A stretch of 64,000 nt of DNA from an uncultured virus (IMG/VR IMGVR_UViG_2882072473_000006) (IMGVR_UViG_2882072473_000006), one strand, 5' to 3'. Shown: positions 1-8,854, counted from the first letter of the stretch. The notes: a model not told the origin generated them from the sequence alone. A program made the numbers and translations.

Positions 1-987
1 TTATGATTTAGGACTTCTGCATTCCTGGGGTGCGTTCACCGGGAGGAAAGATTCGGCCCAGGCTTCATCCGTCTGGCTCATGTCAGGCGCGTTGTGCAGG
101 AGCCAAACCAGGTAGCGGTAGGGATTCAGGTCGTTCTCCTTTGCGGTCTCAATCAGGCTGTAGATCACAGCGCTGGACTGGGCGCCGGCCGGGGTGTTGG
201 AAAAGAGCCAGTTCTTCCGGCCCATGACGAATGGCTTAATGCTGCGCTCGGCACGGTTGTTGGAGAGTTCCAGCCTGCCGTCCTCCAGATAGCGTACCAG
301 ATAGGGCCACTGCTCCCGCAGATAGTGCAGTGCCTTGCCCAAGGCGGACTTGGGCGCCGTCTTGGCGCTGGTCTCATTTGCCCATGCCAACAGAGCGTCC
401 AGAACCGGTTTCTCCAGTTCCAGCCGCTTGGTATAGCGCTCTTCCGGCGTCAGTTCCACGAGAGCCTGCTCCAACTGAAACAGCCTGGTGCAGTAACACT
501 CGCCGGTGGCCGCCAGAGATTCCTGCCGTTTCTCTTTGGGCAGCGTTTGCAGCGCCTCGTCAAATTTTCGCCTGGCATGAGCCCAGCAGCCAACCACCCG
601 GATATTCTCGGGCAGCTTGTGGTAGCCCTGGTAGCCGTCCGCGTGCAGCCAGCCGGAAAAGTCCTTGAGGAAGGCCGCCGCGTGCTCCGCCTTCCGGCTG
701 GTCTGGTACTCATACAGGACAATGGGATACTCGGCGCAGCCGCTGGTCCGGTAGACCCACATGTAGGACTTGCTTGTAGAAGTCCTGTCCGGTTCCTTCA
801 GCACCTGTAGCGTGGTCTCATCCCCGTGCAGCACGGTTTCCCGGCACAGCTTCCGGTGCAGGGCGTCATACACCGGCCGCAGCCAGGTGTCTGAGGCCTG
901 CAGGATCCAGTTGGCCATCGTCTGCCGGGACAGCTTCAGCCCCTGCCGCTGGAACTCCTGCTCCAGACGGTACAGCGGCGCGTACAT
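1..987 (-). CDS. tnpC: IS66 transposase, C-terminal part
   Basis: IS66 motifs LHGDET, LHADGY, CWAHARRKF, NNRAERSIK, GRKNWLF. Confidence 0.93.
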   Translation of the reverse strand: MYAPLYRLEQEFQRQGLKLSRQTMANWILQASDTWLRPVYDALHRKLCRETVLHGDETTLQVLKEPDRTSTSKSYMWVYRTSGCAEYPIVLYEYQTSRKAEHAAAFLKDFSGWLHADGYQGYHKLPENIRVVGCWAHARRKFDEALQTLPKEKRQESLAATGECYCTRLFQLEQALVELTPEERYTKRLELEKPVLDALLAWANETSAKTAPKSALGKALHYLREQWPYLVRYLEDGRLELSNNRAERSIKPFVMGRKNWLFSNTPAGAQSSAVIYSLIETAKENDLNPYRYLVWLLHNAPDMSQTDEAWAESFLPVNAPQECRSPKS

Positions 988-993
988 GACGAN

Positions 994-1325
994 TCAACCA
1001 ATATTTTCAGCTGCTCCATCCCACACGACGGATAGATATCCATTCTCACATTCCCGACATACAGCGTAGCGGAATGTTCTGCTTCGTTGCGGCATTCCTG
1101 CCTTGGAATCGGCACTTTTGCAAAGGCAACCCTGTCCTGTCCTTCCTGCTGTGCCATGCTGCCAGCAACAGACAGTACTTCTCGCTCCCAGCGATAATAT
1201 GTAGTTGGTGTGATTCCCTGTTGCCTGCACCATTCCCGAACCGATCGCCCGCTGCTCCGGCATTCCTTGATTGCTGAAGCCCATTCCTGTAACTGTGCCT
1301 GGTGTTTCAACTCGATAGATGTCAC
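994..1325 (-). CDS. tnpA: IS66 accessory HTH protein, 3' end cut at the N
   Basis: W...I.ECRSSG.SVREWC.QQGI...TYYRW pattern next to the IS66 end. Confidence 0.8.
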
Positions 1326-1441
1326 TGCAAGACCCCCCGTACAAAATAGTGCTGGAACGTTCCGCTACGTTCCAGCACTATTATCTCATACATGTCTATC
1401 CGCCTGCTCCTTTGACGGTTACATTGTATTGTGCAGGATGT

Positions 1442-1485
1442 AGGAAAGGGGGCCTCTTACGAGTCGGTAAGAGGCCCCCTTTCCT
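1442..1485. terminator. Long hairpin, likely host intrinsic terminator
   Basis: AGGAAAGGGGGCCTCTTAC / GTAAGAGGCCCCCTTTCCT perfect inverted repeat. Confidence 0.65.
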
Positions 1486-1700
1486 TTGAGATAATGGTTT
1501 ACTCGTCACACCATGTGCGAACGAGTAAACCATTATCCACTTATTTTCCTGTGTATGTTGTTGACTTCTACTTAACTTTATCATAGCTTGTCCTGTCCAC
1601 TGAGGTGTTGGCACTTTCCAGTGGACAGGTTTGCAGAGAGTGACAGTAACGATTTTTGCAGCTGAGCTTGGCCGTGAACCTTCCGGCATTTTGAGGGTAG

Positions 1701-2015
1701 TTACACCCGACCCGAACATTTAGAAACGCTGCATGCCATCTTCATCAACAAATCCTTTTCAAAAAATCCGTCTATAACGAATTGAATGTGTGCTTCGTCA
1801 TCGTACCATGTTATACAACTACTCTGTTTCTCATCGGCTGAAATATATAAGTGTCCAGGACATCCATTAACCGTAACATTTTCGACTTCCATGTTTTCTG
1901 CATCGATTAAAATTGCAGATCCCTCTTCAACTCGCACATATTCAAATCGGAGTATATCTCCTTCTTCATTTTCATAATGGAAACTAACTACACTTTTACC
2001 TGCTTCTAAGTGCTG
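1701..2015 (-). pseudogene. 3' remnant of a host DUF4367-like gene, probably cut by prophage integration
   Basis: VENVTVNGCPGHLY...ITWYD...F.IDG...L.KMA.SV pattern; frame stays open to 2015 with no RBS or start and meets the integrase-proximal region. Confidence 0.55.
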
Positions 2016-2175
2016 TTAACTGCTGTAATGCCAATGGTTTTTAGAACAGATAAGAGTAGTTAAAAGTGGGTAAGTGTAGGTAATTCGTATATTATTTCTG
2101 TACCATTCATACAACCATATTCCTACACTTCTTGATGTGGTTGATTTTATTTCTACACCTATACTCCTACACTGA
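1985..2175. other. Putative prophage attachment region with integrase arm-type repeats
   Basis: Repeated CTACAC/GTGTAG near 1988, 2074, 2122, 2152 and 2166, just downstream of the integrase stop. Confidence 0.5.
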
Positions 2176-2193
2176 AAGCGAGCTTGGCAAGGT

Positions 2194-3426
2194 CTATTTT
2201 ATTTTCTCAATCTCCTCTCGAAGCCAAGTAAATTCGCGGCGCGTGTAGACCTTTTCTGTGATGTCGGAGATCTTGTGACCTACCATATATTTGATGGCAT
2301 ACTCATCCACCCCATAGCGTTTTGCCATGGTCACAAAGTGGGTGCGACCATCGTGAGGACGGTGCTCGGGGTTTAGTTTCAATTCATCACGGATACGCTC
2401 GAAGGCTTTCTGATACCGAGCATAGGTCAACTCAAAGTTCTTCTTGTTTCGGTTGTTGGGGTCTGCCCAGTTAAGCAGATACGGGCTTCCGATTGCTTCT
2501 GCTTCTCGATATTTTTTGAGTACCAGGTCCTGAATACGGGAATGAATGGGGACAACACGATTCTCACCGGCATCCGTCTTCATGCCGCCTTGAAATGTCC
2601 AGCTCTCTAAATCCACATCCTTTAGTTCCAGTAGTCCCAGTTCCTGAGGGCGCCAGCCGGAGTAGCACTGGATAAGCAGGATGTCGATACCATGTTTCTC
2701 ATCGATATTATTCCAGAGCAATTCCATTTCATCATCTGTAAAAGCGATATGCCCCTTCTTTACTTTCTGGATCTCTTTGACGGTTTCTTCCGTGAGGTTG
2801 AAGGTTCTGGAATAGTTTCGATCCACTAACTCATATTCCAACGCATAGTCCAGCATCATGTTAAACATGGATTTGATTTGGTTCTTCATGGTGGCTGTTG
2901 GATGCTGCTCTCTGCCTCGAACAGTGGCCACGCCCTCTTCCATGCAGCCTTTTACATGACGGGCTCGAATGTCCATAACTCGCATCTTGTAAACTGCCGA
3001 ACAGTAAGGCCAGGCACTGGTCACCGCCTTTGTACTCTTGACGGTCTTTTCGTATTCTGGAAGCCACTTGTCATAGAGCTCCTGCATGGTGATGGCTGTT
3101 CCAAGGTCATATGGATTCTTGTTATATTCCACCAGAGCGGCATAGGCATCGTTATAGGTGGCGAAGTATGATTCCGGCTTGAGCGGTTTGCAAATGGGTC
3201 TGCCATTAGAAGTTTTCCCCACAGTTACCATGGCTCGGAATGGATTTCTCAAATTACGATTTTTGATCTCACTGATCTGACCAAAGCCATTCGGCAATCG
3301 CCGTCGCTTGTTGGATTTGCGAGGTCTTTTTATTTTTTCAGAAGGTTTCAGAGGATATCCGCAATGAGGACAGGCATTTGCCTTATCGCTCACTGGCAAT
3401 TCGCACTCTGGGCATTGGGTCAGCAT
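2194..3426 (-). CDS. int: Tyrosine integrase with N-terminal zinc ribbon
   Basis: Catalytic R (SGWRPQE), K, HxxR (HDGRTH), VGH, VY; N-terminal CxxC...CxxC. Confidence 0.93.
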   Translation of the reverse strand: MLTQCPECELPVSDKANACPHCGYPLKPSEKIKRPRKSNKRRRLPNGFGQISEIKNRNLRNPFRAMVTVGKTSNGRPICKPLKPESYFATYNDAYAALVEYNKNPYDLGTAITMQELYDKWLPEYEKTVKSTKAVTSAWPYCSAVYKMRVMDIRARHVKGCMEEGVATVRGREQHPTATMKNQIKSMFNMMLDYALEYELVDRNYSRTFNLTEETVKEIQKVKKGHIAFTDDEMELLWNNIDEKHGIDILLIQCYSGWRPQELGLLELKDVDLESWTFQGGMKTDAGENRVVPIHSRIQDLVLKKYREAEAIGSPYLLNWADPNNRNKKNFELTYARYQKAFERIRDELKLNPEHRPHDGRTHFVTMAKRYGVDEYAIKYMVGHKISDITEKVYTRREFTWLREEIEKIK

Positions 3427-3629
3427 AGGTCATCCCTCTTTTTCAAGGCTTTAATTTCTCGGCGTTCGATTTTGTCAACGATACGGCCGCCTACCGCATG
3501 GAGTAGAAAAACGCTGCCCGCAAATAGTAGCGCACCCCAGGCTCGCTGATTTTTGTTGTACTCTTTTACGCCGCCCTGCATAGTATAGACTTCATGCAAA
3601 TGCTTGGCTGGGTTCACGTGTTTCTTCAT
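3420..3629 (-). CDS. Small membrane protein coupled to integrase
   Basis: GAAAGGAG RBS before ATG 3629; one hydrophobic segment; stop overlaps int start. Confidence 0.6.
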   Translation of the reverse strand: MKKHVNPAKHLHEVYTMQGGVKEYNKNQRAWGALLFAGSVFLLHAVGGRIVDKIERREIKALKKRDDLC

Positions 3630-3643
3630 TGGGTGTCTCCTTT

Positions 3644-3670
3644 CGCAAGATTTACAGTGGGTTTTATGGA
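3644..3670 (+). promoter_or_regulatory. Phage motif copy 1
   Basis: CGCAAGATTTACAGTGGGTTTTATGGA. Confidence 0.75.
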
Positions 3671-3680
3671 GGTGTTCTAT

Positions 3681-3881
3681 ATGAAATACATGACGAATGC
3701 ACAAATCGACGAGCTTAATTTGCTTTTGGATAAGCATGGGGCGGCTTTGACAGCATTTTATAACGAAGGAATGAGACAAGGCGCCAAAAATGTGATTCAT
3801 GGTATGATGATTGGCGCGGCGATTATTGCTGGCGTTCAGATCACAAGGGCAATCATCAGAGCACACAAGCAAAAGAACTAA
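3681..3881 (+). CDS. Small hypothetical membrane protein
   Basis: GGAGGTG RBS; followed by hairpin plus U-tract. Confidence 0.75.
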   Translation: MKYMTNAQIDELNLLLDKHGAALTAFYNEGMRQGAKNVIHGMMIGAAIIAGVQITRAIIRAHKQKN

Positions 3882-3945
3882 ATAGGAATTGGGGTCGCTT
3901 AATCAGCGGCTCCTTTTCTTTTTGCCCCTTGCGCCGCCCGCTCTA

Positions 3946-3975
3946 ATCATATATGATAAGTGTACGAATTGTCAA
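3946..3975 (-). promoter_or_regulatory. Sigma-A-type promoter facing the integrase
   Basis: TTGACA-N18-TATGAT on the minus strand. Confidence 0.55.
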
Positions 3976-4020
3976 GCATATTCCTACACAATATTTTTGA
4001 TTAAGATTTGAGGGCTGGAT

Positions 4021-4347
4021 ATGGTGATGAACGAGTGCTCCGCCTGTCCCCGGTGCGGCGGACGGTTGAAATACTACGACAGCGTGCCCAGACTGGTACG
4101 GACGAAAGGGCGGCAAACCTCCAGAGTTCCCATGCGCCGCCTGCGGTGCTCCGGCTGCGGGGCAATCCACCGGGAACTGGGCGGTCTGTTCTTCCCCTAC
4201 AAGCAGTACGAGGCCGAAGTGATATTCGGCGTACTGGAGGGGCTTATCACCTGCGAGACACTGGGGTTCGAGGATTACCCCTGCGAGATGACCATGCTCC
4301 GGTGGCTTTCGCAGAAAGCACAGCTCCTATTATGGAGAAATCCATAA
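4021..4347 (+). CDS. Zinc-finger protein (DUF6431-like)
   Basis: CPRCGG...RRLRCSGCG..HRELG..FFPYKQY. Confidence 0.7.
   Translation: MVMNECSACPRCGGRLKYYDSVPRLVRTKGRQTSRVPMRRLRCSGCGAIHRELGGLFFPYKQYEAEVIFGVLEGLITCETLGFEDYPCEMTMLRWLSQKAQLLLWRNP
4310..4336 (+). promoter_or_regulatory. Phage motif copy 2
   Basis: CGCAGAAAGCACAGCTCCTATTATGGA. Confidence 0.78.
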
Positions 4348-4360
4348 GCGAAAGGAGTAA

Positions 4361-4603
4361 ATGAGCATGAAACTGACACCTGTGGACCAGATACCGAAGA
4401 CGAACGGCTATCACAAGCTGCAAGAGCTGATCGAGGAGTTTACGAACGGCGACGCTAAAATCGTAAAGGTGGAATTTAGCGAGACCGATTATAAATCCCC
4501 GGCGGTCTGCCGGTCTTGTCTGGCCGCGGCCATCAAGCGGTCGAAGCGTCCGGTCAAGGTATGGCGTCGTGGAAATGAGATATTCCTGAGCAGGGATGTT
4601 TGA
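4361..4603 (+). CDS. Small hypothetical protein
   Basis: AAAGGAG RBS; terminator follows. Confidence 0.75.
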   Translation: MSMKLTPVDQIPKTNGYHKLQELIEEFTNGDAKIVKVEFSETDYKSPAVCRSCLAAAIKRSKRPVKVWRRGNEIFLSRDV

Positions 4604-4648
4604 CAAAGGATCGAGCCACCGTAACAGGCGGCTCTTTTCTTTTTCGGA

Positions 4649-4675
4649 CGCAGGAATTGCACAGCCCTTTATGGA
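4649..4675 (+). promoter_or_regulatory. Phage motif copy 3
   Basis: CGCAGGAATTGCACAGCCCTTTATGGA. Confidence 0.78.
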
Positions 4676-4685
4676 GGTGATTTCA

Positions 4686-4904
4686 ATGGACAAAATCAAA
4701 GCACTCAACACCAAAGTCATGGCAAAAGACTTCGGACGGGTAGGCTTGGGCACACTGGCCATTGTAGCCGGAGCATTTCTGTGGGGCAAGTTTTTGTACG
4801 GCAGAGGTGTGCGCGGCTGCCAACGCTGGATGTGCGAGACGTTTCCGGACGAATACGAAAGCATGACGGAAAAGGTCGCTGATATGCTGGAACAGGACCA
4901 TTGA
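4686..4904 (+). CDS. Small membrane protein
   Basis: GGAGGTG RBS; TM-like segment; terminator follows. Confidence 0.75.
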   Translation: MDKIKALNTKVMAKDFGRVGLGTLAIVAGAFLWGKFLYGRGVRGCQRWMCETFPDEYESMTEKVADMLEQDH

Positions 4905-4969
4905 ACAGGCCAAAACAGATTGAGCCGCTCTCGCGGCGGCTCTTTCTTTTGTCTCCGGCGGTTATATTT

Positions 4970-5003
4970 CTAATTTAGATTAGCCCGATTTAACCTAAGT
5001 TAG
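4970..5003. promoter_or_regulatory. Tandem 14-bp palindromic operator-like sites
   Basis: CTAATTTAGATTAG and TTAACCTAAGTTAG; a similar pair lies at 43415-43450. Confidence 0.5.
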
Positions 5004-5014
5004 AAAACGGGCCC

Positions 5015-5041
5015 CGCAGATTTTGCAATTCCTATTATGGA
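5015..5041 (+). promoter_or_regulatory. Phage motif copy 4
   Basis: CGCAGATTTTGCAATTCCTATTATGGA. Confidence 0.78.
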
Positions 5042-5175
5042 AAGGAAACGGATAGATGCTGGTGGAAATCCAGCGGTGAGACACGAAGGCGTGCCGCCAA
5101 GTAATAACTTAATCAAAGATGGCACCCACCGGGCAACGGTTTTCGTTGGGCCGACCCTGAAGTCGTTTCCTTTTC
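5039..5175 (+). ncRNA. Putative structured ncRNA
   Basis: 12-bp closing stem GGAAAGGAAACG/CGTTTCCTTTTC enclosing several hairpins; U-tract after; no RBS-led ORF. Confidence 0.6.
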
Positions 5176-5183
5176 TTTTTTCG

Positions 5184-5210
5184 CGCCGATTCAACAGGGG
5201 CCTTTATGGA
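5184..5210 (+). promoter_or_regulatory. Phage motif copy 5
   Basis: CGCCGATTCAACAGGGGCCTTTATGGA. Confidence 0.75.
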
Positions 5211-5220
5211 GGTGAAGGTT

Positions 5221-5409
5221 ATGAACACCAGGAAAATTCTTAGCGCGATCGGAACATTCGCGGTTGTGGGCGCGGTATCCACGGCAGGCGCGGCACTATG
5301 GACGAAGGTTCTGAACAGGAAGTTTCAAATGGTACAGCTCAAACTGACACACCCGAAGTCAGACAAAATCATATTCGTCGACTTCAAGAAGGCAAAGAGG
5401 GGCCGCTGA
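5221..5409 (+). CDS. Small membrane protein
   Basis: GGAGGTG RBS; N-terminal hydrophobic helix; terminator follows. Confidence 0.75.
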   Translation: MNTRKILSAIGTFAVVGAVSTAGAALWTKVLNRKFQMVQLKLTHPKSDKIIFVDFKKAKRGR

Positions 5410-5436
5410 CGCAGCGGCTCTTCTTTTTTTTTCATC

Positions 5437-5463
5437 CGCACAAAAGGCCGTCTCCTTTATGGA
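5437..5463 (+). promoter_or_regulatory. Phage motif copy 6
   Basis: CGCACAAAAGGCCGTCTCCTTTATGGA. Confidence 0.7.
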
Positions 5464-5491
5464 GACAAAACTTTTTAGGAGGTAATCAAGG

Positions 5492-5689
5492 ATGAACAAG
5501 CAGAAATGGACAGAGAAGCCGGTCACCTGGGGCGGATATCTCAAACTCAGCGGCATTGTGACAGTCATCGGCGCGATTTTCAGCGCGGTGTATATCATTG
5601 CCATGTTTGAGCCGGCCTGGTGGATCGGGATTCGGAAGACGGTTGGAAAGACGTTCAACCATTGGGCCCGGAAAAGGAATCGTTTCTAA
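5492..5689 (+). CDS. Small membrane protein
   Basis: AGGAGG RBS; TM segment; terminator follows. Confidence 0.78.
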   Translation: MNKQKWTEKPVTWGGYLKLSGIVTVIGAIFSAVYIIAMFEPAWWIGIRKTVGKTFNHWARKRNRF

Positions 5690-5802
5690 AGGGCGGGAGC
5701 CGCTGCAACAGGCGGCTCCTTTTCTTTTTCTTTCCACCGAGGTTGTTTTTACGAAAACGGGGCTGCGCCCTTAGAATAGCCGTTGAAAGGAGGCAGACGC
5801 CG

Positions 5803-6054
5803 ATGAATGAACAAGAGTTCCATCCGGGCTCCGTCCCTGTGGCGGTGGTGGCCCGTGTTTATGGAAAAGACGCGTCCTGGGTGAGGGCCGGAATTATCTC
5901 CGGCTGGCTGCCCATCGGCAAGGCGACCCGGAACGGCAATCTGGTGGCCAGCATTGAGGAGATGGATTCCCGGTATGGCCGGATCAATTTCTACATCTCG
6001 CCAAAACGATTGTACGAGGAAACCGGATATTTCTGGAGAGGAGAACGACGATGA
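5803..6054 (+). CDS. Small phage DNA-binding (excisionase/HTH-like) protein
   Basis: AAGGAGG RBS; VARVYGKDASWVRAGI HTH-like segment. Confidence 0.65.
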   Translation: MNEQEFHPGSVPVAVVARVYGKDASWVRAGIISGWLPIGKATRNGNLVASIEEMDSRYGRINFYISPKRLYEETGYFWRGERR

Positions 6055-6473
6055 GAAATGACATGCGCCCGGAGCTTTCGCAGAAGAACCCCTACTGGAT
6101 CGGCAAGCACCGCTACTACGAGCTGAAGCATTTCTGCCTGCAATACCCCATTTGGAAAAAGGCCCGACTGGCCCTGGATGGGCTGAGCAGGCGGCCGGCC
6201 GACCTCCAGGTCTTTGTGAGCTGCGGGCAGGCGAAGGGCGACCCAACAGAGCGGTGCGCCCAGTCCCGGATATTCTTCGGGGAGCGCATGGAGATGGTGG
6301 AGCAGGCGGCCATCGAGGCGGAGCCCGACCTCTACTCCTATCTGCTGCGGGGCGTGACCGAGGGGCTGTCCTACGATGCGCTGAAGATGAAGTATGATAT
6401 TCCCTGCTGCCGGGACGTCTATTACGCCGCGTACAGACGGTTCTTCTGGCTGCTGAGCAAGAGGAGGGATTGA
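6051..6473 (+). CDS. Hypothetical phage protein
   Basis: ATGA coupling; coding-like composition. Confidence 0.8.
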   Translation: MRNDMRPELSQKNPYWIGKHRYYELKHFCLQYPIWKKARLALDGLSRRPADLQVFVSCGQAKGDPTERCAQSRIFFGERMEMVEQAAIEAEPDLYSYLLRGVTEGLSYDALKMKYDIPCCRDVYYAAYRRFFWLLSKRRD

Positions 6474-6682
6474 GGTTGCGGGTTGTGGACGTGGCTGTCC
6501 GGCAATGCTACCGGTTCAACTGCCCGAACTGCGGGAGCAGGCTGGAGGCCGACTGCGGCGATCTGGTGGACATCGGCGGAAAGACAAGCCGGTTCTGGTG
6601 CCCGGTCTGCCGGAAGGAGCGGTATGTTCCATGGAGTGCCCTAAGGAAACGGGTTGTGTACGAGGACAAGTCCGCGGAATAG
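6470..6682 (+). CDS. Zinc-ribbon protein
   Basis: CPNCG...CPVC; coupled to upstream gene. Confidence 0.7.
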   Translation: MRLRVVDVAVRQCYRFNCPNCGSRLEADCGDLVDIGGKTSRFWCPVCRKERYVPWSALRKRVVYEDKSAE

Positions 6683-6699
6683 GCAGGCTCCTTTATGGA
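6673..6699 (+). promoter_or_regulatory. Phage motif copy 7
   Basis: CGCGGAATAGGCAGGCTCCTTTATGGA. Confidence 0.75.
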
Positions 6700-6710
6700 G
6701 GTGAAATGCC

Positions 6711-6923
6711 ATGAAGAAAACGATTTTGGAAAAGGTGGCGGACAACAAGTTCAATGCTGTGAAACAGTTAGTCCGATTCATTCGGGAAAATGACAAGAAC
6801 CCGGGTGGATTTGAAGACTTATGGGAAAACAGTTTTGCGCTTGAGGACGAATTAGATGAAATCATACTTCGGATAGCGCACATCATCGAATTGGAAAAAG
6901 CATTAGAAGAATACGAAGAGTAA
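6711..6923 (+). CDS. Small acidic protein
   Basis: GGAGGTG RBS; terminator follows. Confidence 0.78.
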   Translation: MKKTILEKVADNKFNAVKQLVRFIRENDKNPGGFEDLWENSFALEDELDEIILRIAHIIELEKALEEYEE

Positions 6924-6966
6924 GGATTGGGCCTGCGGAAACGCGGGCTCTTTCCTTTTTGTATTT

Positions 6967-6993
6967 CGCAGAAACGGCAGCGGCTATTATGGA
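6967..6993 (+). promoter_or_regulatory. Phage motif copy 8
   Basis: CGCAGAAACGGCAGCGGCTATTATGGA. Confidence 0.78.
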
Positions 6994-7005
6994 GGTGATA
7001 CCATT

Positions 7006-7179
7006 ATGACTTACAAGCAAATCGAGGCAAGCCGGGAGCTGAGGCTTTGGATCGGACAGGTGATCGTGTCCGCCGTTACGATGGCGGTCGCGTTGGCGTC
7101 CATTCCGGAGGTCAGGAACGCGGCTTCCACAAAGCTGGAACAGCTGAAATGGAAACTCAAATCCAGGAGCAAGGGCTGA
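7006..7179 (+). CDS. 57-aa membrane protein (below ORF-track cutoff)
   Basis: MTYKQIEASRELRLWIGQVIV...; GGAGGTG RBS; hairpin after. Confidence 0.72.
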   Translation: MTYKQIEASRELRLWIGQVIVSAVTMAVALASIPEVRNAASTKLEQLKWKLKSRSKG

Positions 7180-7291
7180 GCAGGCCCTTTGCTTTCTATT
7201 TTCCATACGCAGCCGGCCGGAAAGCGTGTTAGAGTGATATCCTGAAAAATTCCCGGGTGGAAAATTTGAGAAAACAGCATTAAAGGAGGAA

Positions 7292-7519
7292 TTGAATTTG
7301 GCGATTATTGCAGCGATCGCGGCGCTTTGCATTGGAATTTTGATTGGCATGTATCTGTTCCAGGATCGTCCGGTCGGCGACCTGCGGGTGGACCATTCCG
7401 ATTTCGCGGACGAAGGCCCTCATTTATATCTTGAGCTGGATACGGATATACGAACCGTTATGCGGAAGAAACGGGTGGTCTTCCGGGTCAAGGTGGAGGA
7501 CTTCCTGCCGCACGAATGA
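7292..7519 (+). CDS. Small membrane-anchored protein
   Basis: AAGGAGG RBS; N-terminal TM segment. Confidence 0.7.
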   Translation: MNLAIIAAIAALCIGILIGMYLFQDRPVGDLRVDHSDFADEGPHLYLELDTDIRTVMRKKRVVFRVKVEDFLPHE

Positions 7520-7535
7520 CATAGGCCTTTATGGA
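7509..7535 (+). promoter_or_regulatory. Phage motif copy 9
   Basis: CGCACGAATGACATAGGCCTTTATGGA. Confidence 0.75.
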
Positions 7536-7546
7536 GGTGTATTGTA

Positions 7547-7714
7547 ATGAAGAAATTGAAACTCTGGATGACACAGTGGCTGGTCGATATCGGCTCCTGC
7601 TTGACGGAACTGGGAGACCGTATGATTTGGAAAGGGGTCGATATGGGCGACGACCTTCTCAGAGATGACGATGAATTGTTGAAATACGCGAAAAAGAAGG
7701 GGATCGTCCGATAA
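7547..7714 (+). CDS. 55-aa hypothetical protein
   Basis: MKKLKLWMTQWLVDIG...; GGAGGTG RBS; terminator overlaps stop. Confidence 0.7.
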   Translation: MKKLKLWMTQWLVDIGSCLTELGDRMIWKGVDMGDDLLRDDDELLKYAKKKGIVR

Positions 7715-7731
7715 CGGACGCCCCTTTCTTT

Positions 7732-7956
7732 TCATTTCGATATATACTTGTGCAACCAATCCGGCAAATCAGGATCGTCAATGGTCCAGGAGGTCTTTCG
7801 CCGTTCGGAATGGACCCATTCGTTTTCCCGACCATCGAAAATCCTTTTCCGTCCACATCTGTAAAGGACAATTTGGCCATCTTCCAGGCGATACTCATTC
7901 CAATAATAACTATGCGTGACACAGCCAGGTCTCTCTTGCGTAGCATAAATCGTCAT
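7732..7956 (-). CDS. Antisense-oriented small gene (moron-like)
   Basis: GAAAGGA RBS; extended -10 TGCTATACT upstream near 8000. Confidence 0.65.
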   Translation of the reverse strand: MTIYATQERPGCVTHSYYWNEYRLEDGQIVLYRCGRKRIFDGRENEWVHSERRKTSWTIDDPDLPDWLHKYISK

Positions 7957-8048
7957 GGGTATAAGCCATCCTTTCCGAAGAATAATAGTTCTTTTTATGA
8001 GTATAGCACCACAGCCCTGCGGCCGCAAGAGACATCGAACGCCGGGTA

Positions 8049-8075
8049 CGCACGAATAACATCGGCTATTATGGA
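8049..8075 (+). promoter_or_regulatory. Phage motif copy 10
   Basis: CGCACGAATAACATCGGCTATTATGGA. Confidence 0.78.
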
Positions 8076-8108
8076 GCCAATTCTGATTTTTGAAAGGAGA
8101 AAAAGCAT

Positions 8109-8549
8109 ATGGCAGAGATTAAAACGTTGTTGGATGATGTGATCGAGACGGAGCTCGCGAATCTGCGGACCCTTCCGTCCGGAAACGAGGAGAGAGCGAA
8201 AGCGATCCGGGATCTGGCGGCGCTGCACAAGCTGCGTATCGAGGAGATCAGGGCCCAGGCCGACGTGGATGAGAAGTCCGAGCGGCGGGAGATGGACGGC
8301 AGACAGCGCAGGGAGGAGCTTGCCTGCAAAGATGCCGACCGCGCCCGCGAGGAGGAGCTTCAGAACCGTCAGCTTCGGGAGCAGAAGATCGACCGGTATA
8401 TGCGCATTGCGGTGGCCGGCGTGGAACTGGTGTTGCCGCTGATGTTCTATGGCATCTGGATGAGACGGGGATTCAAGTTTGAGGAGTCCGGAGTTTACTC
8501 GTCCACCACGTTCAGGAATCTGTTCAGCCGTTTTCGGCCGACAAAGTAA
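8109..8549 (+). CDS. Coiled-coil protein with C-terminal TM segment
   Basis: GAAAGGAG RBS; charged helix then hydrophobic segment. Confidence 0.8.
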   Translation: MAEIKTLLDDVIETELANLRTLPSGNEERAKAIRDLAALHKLRIEEIRAQADVDEKSERREMDGRQRREELACKDADRAREEELQNRQLREQKIDRYMRIAVAGVELVLPLMFYGIWMRRGFKFEESGVYSSTTFRNLFSRFRPTK

Positions 8550-8610
8550 CGAATAGGCTCGAAAAGAAAATGAAGAGGCCGTGCAGACAGCACAGTCTCT
8601 TCGTTTTATC

Positions 8611-8637
8611 CGCATATTCGGCATGGTGTTTTATGGA
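8611..8637 (+). promoter_or_regulatory. Phage motif copy 11
   Basis: CGCATATTCGGCATGGTGTTTTATGGA. Confidence 0.72.
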
Positions 8638-8665
8638 GAAATCTGAATTTAAGGAGGTTTCGCAA

Positions 8666-8854
8666 ATGAAAATGACAGAAGAATTGAAACGTTCAAAATT
8701 GATTCTACGCATTGGGCGTGCACGCCGCTTATATGACGCTGGGAAAAATGCAGAAGAAATTGCGGCGGTTATGCGAGAGCCCATCGCGTTGATGGAAAAA
8801 TGGATCAATAACTTCAAAATCATTGACGAGAAAAGACGCACTCCAAACGGATAA
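8666..8854 (+). CDS. Small HTH protein
   Basis: AAGGAGG RBS; LYDAGKNAEEIAAVM...MEKWI HTH pattern. Confidence 0.7.
   Translation: MKMTEELKRSKLILRIGRARRLYDAGKNAEEIAAVMREPIALMEKWINNFKIIDEKRRTPNG

Larger units (their letters stand above)
1..1422 (-). mobile_element. IS66-family insertion sequence, partial/collapsed
   Basis: TnpA-like and TnpC-like ORFs; minus-strand end GTAACCGTCAAAG at 1422 fits IS66 GTAA termini; an N at 993 marks a junction where tnpB and 5' tnpC are missing. Confidence 0.85.

Noticed and set aside
936..1325. TnpA-TnpC fusion as a real biological feature
   Set aside because: The junction contains an N at 993, so it is most likely an assembly gap
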